Origin: an uncultured archaeon | Lineage (GTDB): Archaea; Asgardarchaeota; Lokiarchaeia; Sigyniarchaeales; SOKP01 | NCBI GenBank assembly: GCA_964388035.1 | Contig: CAYLZE010000091.1 | Coordinates: forward strand, 1 to 20,827 | Reading direction: 5' to 3' | DNA length: 20,827 nt | Shown here: piece by piece, positions 1 to 9,733 of the stretch | How positions within the stretch are numbered: position 1 is the first letter of the stretch | How the letters are laid out: every line of letters begins with the position of its first letter | Notes under the pieces: generated by a model | The model's database searches: none | Told to the model about the DNA's origin: nothing | What the model saw: only the letters and a program-made list of their open reading frames with translations | Made by a program: the position numbers and the translations under genes

Positions 1-1681
1 CTTGAAACACGACCCAATCAATAGCAGCAAGGGAATCGATAACGTCCGAAAAACCTGTGACATGCAATCCTGCAAAATTATACTTCGCTGTTCCTTCACT
101 AACATCAAGGCCTTTTTCAAAAGAACCAGCGATGGAAAAACTCATCAGGGGAGTTGGCTTTAGAACTCTATGTGCTTGCTGGTAGGCATTGGCAGTTAGC
201 ACGGACATTTCCACAATTCTGTTAAGAGCAATCTTATAGGCGTCCAAAATATCTTCCATTGACTTGTAATTGTCGGGATCTAAGGTTAAATTCGCATATT
301 TACTAACAATGGTATTATCTGTATTTAAAGCGAGCTCGAGTGCTTTAGGCAAGCTCAAAAAGATTGCTCCGGTATTATCATATGATGTCCCCGAAGTAGA
401 TAAGCCAACGCACCCCACGATGCCATAATTTCGGGCCTCTTCTAAGGGAATTCCGCAATGATTCATCAATCCTTTAATAATCAAATCATCATTATAAAGT
501 CCAATGACATTTTTTTCTTTGGAAAGGATTTGAGCAATGGATTCAAATAGTTTTTGGGGAGCATTCTCGTGTATTCGTACTACCAAATTTGGAGAGGGTA
601 CGCAAGCTTCGTCAAATGCTTGTAATGAAAGGTAAGTTAAGGGATTCGTTGCATCTTTTCCCTCTTTATCAACTCCTCCAATTAAGAAGTTTTGAGTGGT
701 AGCCATTCCTCCAAAATAATTCGTTGCTACCGAGTCGTATAATGCAATAATTTCATTCGTTTTTAAGAGTAAATTTTTAATTAATCTAAGCGTAATACCT
801 TGATCACCATTATAGTAAGGCATGAGATATTGATCAATCCGTCCGAACGAGATTCCGTGCTCAAAGTTTTCGACATGAAGTGCCATGTGGATAAACCAAA
901 TAAGTTGGATTGCTTCTTGAATGTTTGTTGCTGGATTTTCTGAGACATTCAAGCACGTTTCCGAGATTTTTTTCAATTCTGCTTTTCGAATAGGATCTCT
1001 TTCTTGAAGGGACATGATTTTAGCTTTCTCAGAATATCTTTTAGCATATTGGCTCAATGCATCGCAGACTATTACAATTGCTTTATAAAATGCAATTCTC
1101 TTATCTGATTGAGGGTCTTTAACCGATTCACCTTTAACCATTAATTGATCTATTTTTTCTTTTGCTAAATCGCTATATTTTCTCAATCCCTTGGAGAGAA
1201 GGCGAGGATAATCGATTACGGCGTGAGCAATTCCTCCTACTTCCGTAGATATATATGCACATCCGCTGTATTGGGTTTCAAACACGCCTTCAGGAGCTAT
1301 TTCTCTAGCATATGTTTCTACCCTAAAATTCTCATAAAAAGGAGCTAAGTCTTCCCTCATGATTTTAATATCTTCTGGTTTAACATTTATCGGATTGACA
1401 GGACGATTCGGAAGGAGTTCTAATTCATTGAGGATGCGAAATCCGCTCCCTTCCATGCGGGGGATTGCAACAGGCACCAATTTGTCTAAAGTCCCCACAA
1501 TCATCTCGTCAGGTCTTATGATGATAGGCAAGTTTTCTAAGGTTAATTTTAATCCCATTGCTTGATTGATTATCATTGGTTTACCCAATGAGTTATCCAA
1601 AGCTTTTTTATATTGAATGGGTGCAATTAGGGATATATTAGGGGTGCCCTTGACCAATTCTTCGAGTAATTTTTCAGTCAT
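1..1681 (-). CDS. Glycyl radical enzyme (PFL-like / glycerol dehydratase superfamily); 3' end lies outside the window
   Basis: My own translation of the minus strand. ATG at 1681 is open for about 560 codons to the window edge: MTEKLLEELVKG...IIIRPDEMIVG...GGIAHAVIDY...KRIAFYKAIVIVCDA...EAIQLIWF...HGISFGRIDQYLMPYY...QNFLIGGVDKEGKDATNPLTY...PNLVVRIH...YNDD...EEARNYGIVGCVG...KPTPLMS...GFSDVIDSLAAI. These are the ordered GRE family motifs. The C-terminal Gly-radical motif (RVxG) is not in the window. Confidence 0.93.
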   Translation of the reverse strand, partial: MTEKLLEELVKGTPNISLIAPIQYKKALDNSLGKPMIINQAMGLKLTLENLPIIIRPDEMIVGTLDKLVPVAIPRMEGSGFRILNELELLPNRPVNPINVKPEDIKIMREDLAPFYENFRVETYAREIAPEGVFETQYSGCAYISTEVGGIAHAVIDYPRLLSKGLRKYSDLAKEKIDQLMVKGESVKDPQSDKRIAFYKAIVIVCDALSQYAKRYSEKAKIMSLQERDPIRKAELKKISETCLNVSENPATNIQEAIQLIWFIHMALHVENFEHGISFGRIDQYLMPYYNGDQGITLRLIKNLLLKTNEIIALYDSVATNYFGGMATTQNFLIGGVDKEGKDATNPLTYLSLQAFDEACVPSPNLVVRIHENAPQKLFESIAQILSKEKNVIGLYNDDLIIKGLMNHCGIPLEEARNYGIVGCVGLSTSGTSYDNTGAIFLSLPKALELALNTDNTIVSKYANLTLDPDNYKSMEDILDAYKIALNRIVEMSVLTANAYQQAHRVLKPTPLMSFSIAGSFEKGLDVSEGTAKYNFAGLHVTGFSDVIDSLAAIDWVVFQ

Positions 1682-1772
1682 GATAAAAAATCATCATTTT
1701 TTCTGATATGAACTAAGTTAATCATGTATTTATTCCAATTTAATCTTAGTTCTTATGTTAAAAAAAATGAGG

Positions 1773-1786
1773 GGTTAATATTAACC
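1773..1786. promoter_or_regulatory. Perfect 14-bp palindrome GGTTAATATTAACC in the divergent GRE/polB intergenic region
   Basis: Read directly from the sequence; operator function is inferred. Confidence 0.4.
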
Positions 1787-1954
1787 AGCAATTAAATTCT
1801 TATTTTTCTCCCTCATTAAGTTTTTTTGAAGCTATTCTTATATTGAAATATGGCTTAGACAAAGTAATTGTAAAAAAAATAGATAATAAATAGATATTAT
1901 AGAATTTTATATTACTATGAAATTAAAAAAATCACACTATTAAGGTAATCATAA

Positions 1955-4879
1955 TTGGCTAAAAAGAAAAAAGCAAATGAGGGAGGAGAAAAAAAACAAA
2001 GCAATTTATTTGCTTTTACAGATTCAACTAAAGATACAACCTCTAAGAAAGAGAAAGCAGAACCTGAGAAAAAAAAGAAAAAGCCAGAAATTACCAAAAA
2101 AGAGCCAATAATTAAGGAAAAAGAGAAAGCTAAACCAAAAAAAGAAGTACGCAAAATAGAAAAAAAAGAAAAAGCAGAACAGACCATACCGATACCAGAG
2201 GATCTCTATTTTGAGGGAGATGATTCTCTTTTTGGTTTAAAAGAAGAAGAGATTGACTTACCTGAAGTTATGAGAGAATCCTTGAGTTCAAAATATATTC
2301 GTTATCTTATTGAGCGAAATGAAATAGTTACCAATTTAGAACGGGGATTATTATTGGACGTGGATTACGATGGAGGGCAAAATAAAGCGTATTGTAAATT
2401 TTATGATTTAGATACAGATGAGATAAAAATCTGGATTGATACCACGGACCATCATCCTTATTGTTTGAGTAAAATGCCCGTGTCAACATTAGAACAGAAT
2501 ATCGATCTAACTAACTACGATGGTTTTGATAGCATTGAAACGGTCAAGCGGATGGATTTATTAAAAGATGAAGTGATCGAACTTTCTAAAATTTATGGAA
2601 CCACCCCTTTAGATATAGGTGGGGCAGGAAAGAACATCCGCCAAATTATTGGCAGTAAAAATGCCTGGGAAGCAGATATCCGCTATCATTTAAATTATAT
2701 TTATGATTCGCAAATTATACCTGGATTAGTGTATAAAATTAAAAATGGAACCTTAGAAAAATTGGATTATCCTCATGATGATAGCGAATCTAAAAAGATT
2801 GCCGAGGAATTGAAAGCGATTTTTAAAGATGATAAAGCTGAAATTCAAGAATTTTCAGAAAATAATTTAGATATCTTCTTGACCCCCATTCCCAACGTAA
2901 AAAGAATGGCCATTGATATTGAGGTAAACATGGGACCTATAGATTACCAAATACCAGATCCCGTCCAAGCAAAGCAGAAAGTAATTAGCATTTCATTCGT
3001 AGCAAATGATGGATTGAAATTAGTTTACATGCTCGAACGCCCGGGATTTGATTTTCAACAACCCCATAAAAGATTTCCTACGGATGCAAAAGTCGTGTAT
3101 TTTAAGAAGGAAAAAGATCTTTTAATTGAAACATTTCGCTTGATGTGGAAATATCCCATAATTATTACATTTAATGGAGATAATTTTGATCTCAATTATC
3201 TTTTTCATCGCGCTAATAAATTTAAAATTGATCGGGATGTAAATCCTATTCAAGTAAAGAGAGGATTTGGTTTTTTATCCAAGGCAGAATGTGACTTGCG
3301 AAAAGGAATTCACCTTGATATCTTCAACTTCTTTTTTAATCGGAGCATTTCAGGATATGCATTTGGAGGGGCATATGAAAGTAGCTCATTGAATGATATA
3401 AGTGCAGCATTGCTTGGGCGTGAAAAATATCAATTCGAAGGAGAAATCCACGAATTGGAGTATGGAAATCTTTCTTGGTATAATTTGAAGGACTCCATTC
3501 TCACCCTGGAATTAACCCGATTTAATAATAATTTAGTATGGAATCTTATCATTCTTCTATGTCGCATTACTAAAATGCCCATTCACGAGATGGTAAGACG
3601 TCAGATTTCCACTTGGATTCAAAATATTCTCTATTTCGAACATCGCCGAAAGAGTTACATAATTCCCCGCCGTTCTGAGATTTCTGAAGTAAAACCCGGG
3701 GGATATTCCAAGGCAACTATTGAAGGAAAAACGTTCCAAGGAGCTTATGTCGTCCCCCCCATACCGGGCATTCATTTTGACGTGGTGGTCATGGATTTCG
3801 CCTCCCTATATCCCTCAATAATTAAAGAATACAATTTATCATACGAAACCGTGCAATGTCCTCATGAAGACTGTAAAGATAATTTAATTAAGGGAATCCC
3901 TTATCACGTCTGCACCCATAAAATGGGTATTTTTGCCTACGTGGTTGGCTTTTTTAGAGATATTCGAGTAAAGTATTTCAAGCCAAAATCGTCTGATCGC
4001 TCTTTATCGGAAGAAAGAAGAAGCTATTTTACTACAATCCAGCAAGCGTTAAAAGTGTTCATCAATGGGTCCTACGGCGTGTTTGGCTCGAAAAATTTTC
4101 CGTTATTTTGCTTGCCGGTTGCGGAAAGTACTACTGGAATCGGTCAATATTCCATAAAATCTACTATTAATAAAGCTAAAGAATTGGATGTGACCGTGCT
4201 CTACGGAGATACAGACAGTGTTTTCTTACTCAATCCCTCCCTAAAACAAAAAGAAGAAATAACTCAATGGACTAAGGACGAACTGGACTTAGACTTGGAA
4301 GTAGAAAAAACGTATCAATTTCTTGCGCTTTCCCAGAGAAAGAAGAATTATATTGGAATTTATAAAGATTCAAAATATGTGGATTTAAAAGGATTGGTGG
4401 CTAAAAAAAGCAATACCCCCGAATTTATTAAGAAAGTTTTCAATGAATTAATAGGGATCTTAAAAAATATCACGAATGAAGATGAATTCCAAAAAGCCAG
4501 AGCAGAGATCGTATCCATTATCAGAACCAACTTAAAAAAAATTGGGGACCCGGATGCCTTTTCATTAGAAGATTACGTTATCAACATAGGACTTCAAAAA
4601 GGATTAGATAAATACGTAAAACAGATTCCTCAACATGTCAGAGCTGCTCAAGATTTAAAAAAAATTACGGGAAAGGAATTTCAAAAAGGGGAGGTAGTTT
4701 CAATAATTAAATCAAAAGGTTCTGATGGAGCCAAGGTATTAGAACTAGCAAAATTACAGGATATAGATATAAAAAGCTATAAAAGTCTATTACAATCGGC
4801 TCTTGAACAAGTATTAGATGCCTTGGGTATTTATTGGGAAGAAATCAAGGGAGTAAAAAAGATGGATGCATTTTTTTAA
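1955..4879 (+). CDS. polB: Family B DNA polymerase, archaeal PolB1-like, with 3'-5' exonuclease
   Basis: ExoI AIDIEV, ExoII FNGDNFD, ExoIII YNLKD, motif A DFASLYPSII, motif B KVFINGSYG, motif C YGDTDS, KKNY. CPHEDC...HVC insert resembles PolB1. TTG start codon. Confidence 0.96.
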   Translation: MAKKKKANEGGEKKQSNLFAFTDSTKDTTSKKEKAEPEKKKKKPEITKKEPIIKEKEKAKPKKEVRKIEKKEKAEQTIPIPEDLYFEGDDSLFGLKEEEIDLPEVMRESLSSKYIRYLIERNEIVTNLERGLLLDVDYDGGQNKAYCKFYDLDTDEIKIWIDTTDHHPYCLSKMPVSTLEQNIDLTNYDGFDSIETVKRMDLLKDEVIELSKIYGTTPLDIGGAGKNIRQIIGSKNAWEADIRYHLNYIYDSQIIPGLVYKIKNGTLEKLDYPHDDSESKKIAEELKAIFKDDKAEIQEFSENNLDIFLTPIPNVKRMAIDIEVNMGPIDYQIPDPVQAKQKVISISFVANDGLKLVYMLERPGFDFQQPHKRFPTDAKVVYFKKEKDLLIETFRLMWKYPIIITFNGDNFDLNYLFHRANKFKIDRDVNPIQVKRGFGFLSKAECDLRKGIHLDIFNFFFNRSISGYAFGGAYESSSLNDISAALLGREKYQFEGEIHELEYGNLSWYNLKDSILTLELTRFNNNLVWNLIILLCRITKMPIHEMVRRQISTWIQNILYFEHRRKSYIIPRRSEISEVKPGGYSKATIEGKTFQGAYVVPPIPGIHFDVVVMDFASLYPSIIKEYNLSYETVQCPHEDCKDNLIKGIPYHVCTHKMGIFAYVVGFFRDIRVKYFKPKSSDRSLSEERRSYFTTIQQALKVFINGSYGVFGSKNFPLFCLPVAESTTGIGQYSIKSTINKAKELDVTVLYGDTDSVFLLNPSLKQKEEITQWTKDELDLDLEVEKTYQFLALSQRKKNYIGIYKDSKYVDLKGLVAKKSNTPEFIKKVFNELIGILKNITNEDEFQKARAEIVSIIRTNLKKIGDPDAFSLEDYVINIGLQKGLDKYVKQIPQHVRAAQDLKKITGKEFQKGEVVSIIKSKGSDGAKVLELAKLQDIDIKSYKSLLQSALEQVLDALGIYWEEIKGVKKMDAFF

Positions 4880-5094
4880 CCATTACCCCTTTAAAAATTT
4901 CATTTTTCAAATATTTGAATATTTTCTTTTTTGAAGCATGATGAAATAATATTTTAATTTAAGGATGATTCACATGTTGGCATTAATTCCGATCTTCGAA
5001 CAATTTTTCATGTCATAACATAAACTTATTTAATTTTACATGATTGATTACAAATAGCCCTTTTTTTGGTTAACAACTATTTGAAAGAACAATC

Positions 5095-6432
5095 ATGAAA
5101 GAACCTAGAGGAAGAGAATCATTAACTTCTGAACAGGAAACCACGGAATTGTCTTTTGATGATAAGCTCAAGAAATTTGGGATTAATAAAAGAGCGGCCA
5201 TGATCATTATTTTTTTATGCGTTTTCGTTGATGTGCTAGGATATTCCATGATCCTTCCATTATTACCGATTGTTGCAACCCAAACTTTTGGAGCATCAAG
5301 TTTCTTGGTAGGTGTCATGATTGCTTCAAATGCGCTAGCAACCTTCACTTTTGCTCCTTTGTGGGGAAAATTATCCGATAGGGTAGGAAGAAAGGGTCCC
5401 TTGATTCTCTCACAGGTGGGAACCTTAGCATCATTTTTAATTTTAGGTCTTTCAAATTCGATTGCCAACATCTTCTTTTCCCGAATTTTGGACGGCATGT
5501 TTGGGGGACAAGTCCCGATTATCAGGGCTTTTGTCACGGATATCACGGATGAAAAAGATCGTTCCACTCAAATGGGAAGATTTACGGCAGGGATGGCCTC
5601 GGGCATCATTCTTGGTCCGTCTATAGGTGGATTATTAGGAGAATTAAATTGGAGATTTCCTGCCTTCATTGCGACGGGACTTTCTGTATTTGCTATCCTT
5701 TTTACTCTTAAATTTCTCATGGAAAGCATGCCACGCGAGAGAAGATTAGCAATTAAAGAAAGAAAATCACTTAATCAAAAGAAACGAAAAATATTTTCTT
5801 ACATGACAGCTTTGGTAATCCTAAGATTAGCTGAAATCGTTTCATTTGCCATTGCTTTCAACATGGTTTTTTCCTCCTTCGCCTTAGTTCTCAATTTGCG
5901 CTATGGATTAACAATCGGAATGATTGGTATCTTTTCCACTTTTGCCGGATTAAACATGATTATTTTCGGAGGAGTTCTCATTAAACCCCTAACTAAAAAA
6001 TTCGGGGAGAAAAAGCTCCTCTTTTTTACATTGGGAGTGGCGTTCATGGTATTTATGAGCTTTCCCTTTCTCAATGAGGCTTGGACGTTATTCGTATTTG
6101 TTATTCCGTTCATGTTCATGCAAATCATTCTAAGAACGATAATTTTTACGAATCTTAGTAAAGGAGTAGAAGAGGATGAACAAGGAGTGGTATCGGGTTG
6201 GGCTGCAAACATGTTTTCCATAGCCCAAATTATCGCTCCCTTGATTGGATATTGGTTCTTAGATATTCAACAAGTCGCAATCCTTGGAATCACTCTTAAT
6301 GCTTACTTCCTTATAGGCATTTCTTGTACCATTGCTGTTTTAATTCTTTTAATCTTAATCATTTTTGATTTAAAGAATCATCCCGAGCATTTCCTCCAAG
6401 CTGAATTAAAGAGGGTTAACCTTGGGGATTAA
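5095..6432 (+). CDS. MFS transporter, DHA1/TetA-like drug:H+ antiporter family
   Basis: About 12 hydrophobic segments; VDVLGYSMILPLLP in TM1, motif A GKLSDRVGRK, SRILDG, antiporter motif C GIILGPSIGG. Confidence 0.88.
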   Translation: MKEPRGRESLTSEQETTELSFDDKLKKFGINKRAAMIIIFLCVFVDVLGYSMILPLLPIVATQTFGASSFLVGVMIASNALATFTFAPLWGKLSDRVGRKGPLILSQVGTLASFLILGLSNSIANIFFSRILDGMFGGQVPIIRAFVTDITDEKDRSTQMGRFTAGMASGIILGPSIGGLLGELNWRFPAFIATGLSVFAILFTLKFLMESMPRERRLAIKERKSLNQKKRKIFSYMTALVILRLAEIVSFAIAFNMVFSSFALVLNLRYGLTIGMIGIFSTFAGLNMIIFGGVLIKPLTKKFGEKKLLFFTLGVAFMVFMSFPFLNEAWTLFVFVIPFMFMQIILRTIIFTNLSKGVEEDEQGVVSGWAANMFSIAQIIAPLIGYWFLDIQQVAILGITLNAYFLIGISCTIAVLILLILIIFDLKNHPEHFLQAELKRVNLGD

Positions 6433-6545
6433 TTTAATAGTTTTTTTATATTAGATAAAACTATAAGAACACAAGGTTAATTTCTATTTTATATATTTTG
6501 AAAGAATTTTTTTTCTAATAAATCAAGATTGAAATTTAATAAAAA

Positions 6546-7565
6546 ATGAGTAAAGAAATAACAGAACCGTCCAACTTATTTGACGAGAAGGGCAGGCTTT
6601 TGGTCGAGGGTTGGGCGAGAAAGCCGATTTTAACGTATAATCGTGAAAAAGTTAAAGCAAAATGGCATCGCCTTAAAGAATGGGATAATTATGTCATAAT
6701 GCATCCCGATTATCAACTTGACATTACCATCGCTGATGTAGGATATTTAGGGCAAATCACGTTTAAATTCATTAATTTTAAAACACAGGAAAAATATAGC
6801 GATGGTATGCAAAAATTCTTCACGAAGGGAAGGTTAAATTTACCTCATAGTTCATTGGAGGGAGGTTTGGACTTTCACGAAGAAAGATTCGATTTAAAAA
6901 TTCAACGCTTGCCCGAGAAGAGAATACTTTCATTTAATTTTCCATCATTTGCTGGCAAAGGATTGAAAGGAGAGTTGATCCTTTATCAAGATCCTAATCA
7001 AGATTCCATTGTTAAGGTAAATCGCTATCCTGGAAAGCCAAAGCAATTTTATTATTCAGATAAAATCATATGGATGCCCGTGGAAGGATCTATATCTCTG
7101 GGAAATGAACAGCATGAATTTTCACCTAAAGATAGTTATTGTCGCTTGGATTGGGGAAGAGGGGTATGGCCTTATAAAATAAACTGGTATTGGGGCGCGG
7201 CATGCGGAAAAACGGAAGATGGTCATGATATATGGTTCAGTCATGGATATTCTTACGAAGATCCGAAATTACACGATAAAGACATGGTAGGATATGATGG
7301 GCGGGGATACAAACTTTGGAATATTCGATTTGATGTACCCGAAAATCCCATGGATCCATGGAAATTTAACAATGAAGAAGGAACGTTCGAAATGATCCTA
7401 ACACCTATTTATTATCATACAGATAAAATGAACCTAGTAATATTTTCATCCCGTTCTCTCATTGTCTATGGCTATTACAGTGGACACGTTATTTTAGATT
7501 CAGGTAAGAAAATTATCGTTAAAAACTTGCTAGGACACGCAGAAACCATTTATTGGCGCTGGTAA
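6546..7565 (+). CDS. DUF2804-like soluble protein of unknown function
   Basis: Motifs GWARKP, RLKEWD, LDWGRGVWPY..NWYW, PWKF and YGYYSG match my recollection of DUF2804; Trp/aromatic-rich. Confidence 0.72.
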   Translation: MSKEITEPSNLFDEKGRLLVEGWARKPILTYNREKVKAKWHRLKEWDNYVIMHPDYQLDITIADVGYLGQITFKFINFKTQEKYSDGMQKFFTKGRLNLPHSSLEGGLDFHEERFDLKIQRLPEKRILSFNFPSFAGKGLKGELILYQDPNQDSIVKVNRYPGKPKQFYYSDKIIWMPVEGSISLGNEQHEFSPKDSYCRLDWGRGVWPYKINWYWGAACGKTEDGHDIWFSHGYSYEDPKLHDKDMVGYDGRGYKLWNIRFDVPENPMDPWKFNNEEGTFEMILTPIYYHTDKMNLVIFSSRSLIVYGYYSGHVILDSGKKIIVKNLLGHAETIYWRW

Positions 7566-7574
7566 ATGATTAAT

Positions 7575-7645
7575 TTTTCATTCTTTTTTTCTTATTACAT
7601 TCTTCTATTTAAAAATATTAAGGTAAAAAAAGATTAACAAAAAAG
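7575..7645. terminator. Probable bidirectional oligo-T termination zone between convergent genes
   Basis: T runs on the + strand after DUF2804 and A runs (T on minus) after the hydrolase; consistent with archaeal U-tract termination. Confidence 0.35.
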
Positions 7646-7676
7646 TAAGTTGATAAAAGGTCAAATAACACCAAAT

Positions 7677-8402
7677 TCAAGCTTTTTTTTCTGATTTTTC
7701 CATTACTTTTACGATCTTTTTGATGACTTTATCATGGGTTAATACAAAACCAAACATCGTCCCAAAAGTTTTCAAAATAGATTTATGAAACTCTGGACTC
7801 CAAGATGAACAACAATCCTCAACGATAAAGGTTCCAAAACCATGATCAGAAGCTTCTCTTGCGGTTGCATATACGCAAAAATTTGTTAGGACTCCAGTTA
7901 CAAGAACAGTTTCGACTCCCATATTTTTTAGAAAGTATTCGAGTCTGGTTGAAGTAAAAGTCCCGCTCGTATTCTTCTGAAGAATAAAATCACCATTAAT
8001 TGGCTTTAACTCATCTATTATATCGGAACCATGATAAGATACATGCGGAAATATAACCTCCCCAGTAATTTTTTGTGCCAATTTATTTAATCCCTTTTTA
8101 CCTCGTGATAAATCGCTTCCATCTGGCATAAAACTCGAAAACTTTGTAAATATGATAGGAATTTCAACTTTTCGACAAAAATTGATCAATATTCTTAGGT
8201 TGGGAATAAGTTTTCTTTCCACGTCTTCAATGAAAAAATCTAAAATTCCTGGAGTAATACTATTGGCTGCTTTATATGCACCAAACTCTTTTTTAACTTG
8301 ATATTTTTGCATATCAACGATAATCAACGCAGTTTTCTTAGGTATAATTTTCCCCATTCGACTTTGAGTAATTTTATAGTATTTTTCAATTATTTCCTCC
8401 AT
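7677..8402 (-). CDS. Isochorismatase-family cysteine hydrolase
   Basis: Asp-Lys-Cys triad motifs ALIIVDMQ, LQKNTSGTF, TGVLTNFCVYATAREASDHGF; GAGG upstream of the ATG. Confidence 0.9.
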   Translation of the reverse strand: MEEIIEKYYKITQSRMGKIIPKKTALIIVDMQKYQVKKEFGAYKAANSITPGILDFFIEDVERKLIPNLRILINFCRKVEIPIIFTKFSSFMPDGSDLSRGKKGLNKLAQKITGEVIFPHVSYHGSDIIDELKPINGDFILQKNTSGTFTSTRLEYFLKNMGVETVLVTGVLTNFCVYATAREASDHGFGTFIVEDCCSSWSPEFHKSILKTFGTMFGFVLTHDKVIKKIVKVMEKSEKKA

Positions 8403-8538
8403 AAATCCTCATCTTATTTTCAATTATTTCAACAAATATTATAACATTGAAAAAAAAATAAATTGTGATAACTTCAATTCTAATACAACTTGAATGAGAA
8501 TCATTAATCCCATGAAGGTTTTTCAACTTAATTACTTA

Positions 8539-9627
8539 TCAAAAAAAGAGAAGACTCGATATCCACATTAATATCCCGCACGCTAAAGGATTTAAAATAT
8601 TATCATCGATTTTCAGACTTAATATATCGATTACTAAAAAGGTCAGAGCACCGATTAGAGCGATAAAGCTAATTTTAATTAGGTTAAGGGAAGGGGAAAA
8701 TACTATTAATGCAAGAACACTGATTAAAAAGGATACACCAAAACCAGCCAAATGCCCAATTATGGTCTTGTTATTATTCTTATCTACATGACAATTACCA
8801 AATTTTAGTCCGAAAACTGAGGCTGCTCCATCTCCAATTGTAGCTATTAATACAGTTGCTGCGAAAATTTCGAAAGGGAGAAAAAAAATAGGTTCAAAAG
8901 AGAGGACTAAGGAAGCAGGTCTTAAAAATTCAAAGTTCTCATTAGCTTTCATGGATTTATTAAGTAAATTAGTCACGTTATCGGGAACGAGATAAGTTAG
9001 ATTTCCTTTGTCAAATATGAAAGATAAGCGCAAGTAATCCAATATAGCAAACACCATGATACCAGAAAACCCCACCGTTAAAATTAGAAATTTTGCATAA
9101 TCTATACCACTTATCCCCCATAATTCATCTTGATGTAGCATTCCTTCCCATATTTGTGTTGCAAAAATCCATAAAAAGAGGATCATTAAAACAGGAAAAA
9201 GATGGAGAAGTTTTCTATGAATATCAATTTTTAATGATAACTGTCCCGAATTTCGTTGATCTATTTTCATTTGATTAAATTTGTCGGGATCAATGATTCT
9301 TTCTCGATTTTTCTTGATTTGGGGATTTTTCTTTACAATAAAACTTTCATATAAAAGGATTATTAGGATCATGCCTGGAGTAAGAATGCAAATGATTGTT
9401 GTAGATAATCCTTGAAACCATTTTATTTGGGGGGTATTATCAGGATAAAGGAAGGGATAAGTCATGCCAGCTATTATCCAAAGAACCACGATTATAATTG
9501 AGTTTAGAGAATTGTGATTTTTTGGAAATTTTCTTCTTAGGTGAATGGAATAATATAAATGGAGAACCCCATTTGCCATGAATAATAGAATTACCGGTAA
9601 TACAATGATATTAATGGTCATTTCCAA
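8539..9627 (-). CDS. CTP-dependent polyprenol/diacylglycerol kinase-like membrane protein (dolichol kinase / phytol kinase / Dgk1 family)
   Basis: HRKLLH, GDGAASVFG..FG, KT..G and terminal DDNI..P motifs in a polytopic protein. Start is TTG at 9627 or ATG at 9621. Confidence 0.75.
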   Translation of the reverse strand: MEMTINIIVLPVILLFMANGVLHLYYSIHLRRKFPKNHNSLNSIIIVVLWIIAGMTYPFLYPDNTPQIKWFQGLSTTIICILTPGMILIILLYESFIVKKNPQIKKNRERIIDPDKFNQMKIDQRNSGQLSLKIDIHRKLLHLFPVLMILFLWIFATQIWEGMLHQDELWGISGIDYAKFLILTVGFSGIMVFAILDYLRLSFIFDKGNLTYLVPDNVTNLLNKSMKANENFEFLRPASLVLSFEPIFFLPFEIFAATVLIATIGDGAASVFGLKFGNCHVDKNNNKTIIGHLAGFGVSFLISVLALIVFSPSLNLIKISFIALIGALTFLVIDILSLKIDDNILNPLACGILMWISSLLFF

Positions 9628-9733
9628 GATCCTTGTTGGTATGTGAATGAAATATCTTTATAACACAATTCTTAAAAGAATATTGCTCAATTATTAAAAT
9701 AATGAAACTAAAAATATATATGGATGTGAATGC

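Noticed and set aside
1359-1565. 68-aa + strand ORF
   Set aside because: Antisense shadow inside the glycyl radical enzyme gene.
1915-2187. 90-aa Phe/Ser-rich minus ORF that looks like a membrane protein
   Set aside because: Reverse complement of the AAA/GAA-rich polB N-terminal tail.
4906-4919. Palindrome TTCAAATATTTGAA after polB
   Set aside because: Mostly A/T in a terminator-like region; plausible by chance.
4965-5018. 17-aa uORF MIHMLALIPIFEQFFMS upstream of the drug-type MFS
   Set aside because: Too short to support; no attenuator structure or homology evident.
3557-6221. Minus ORFs 3557..3775, 5070..5567, 5901..6221
   Set aside because: Antisense shadows of polB and the MFS; no family motifs.
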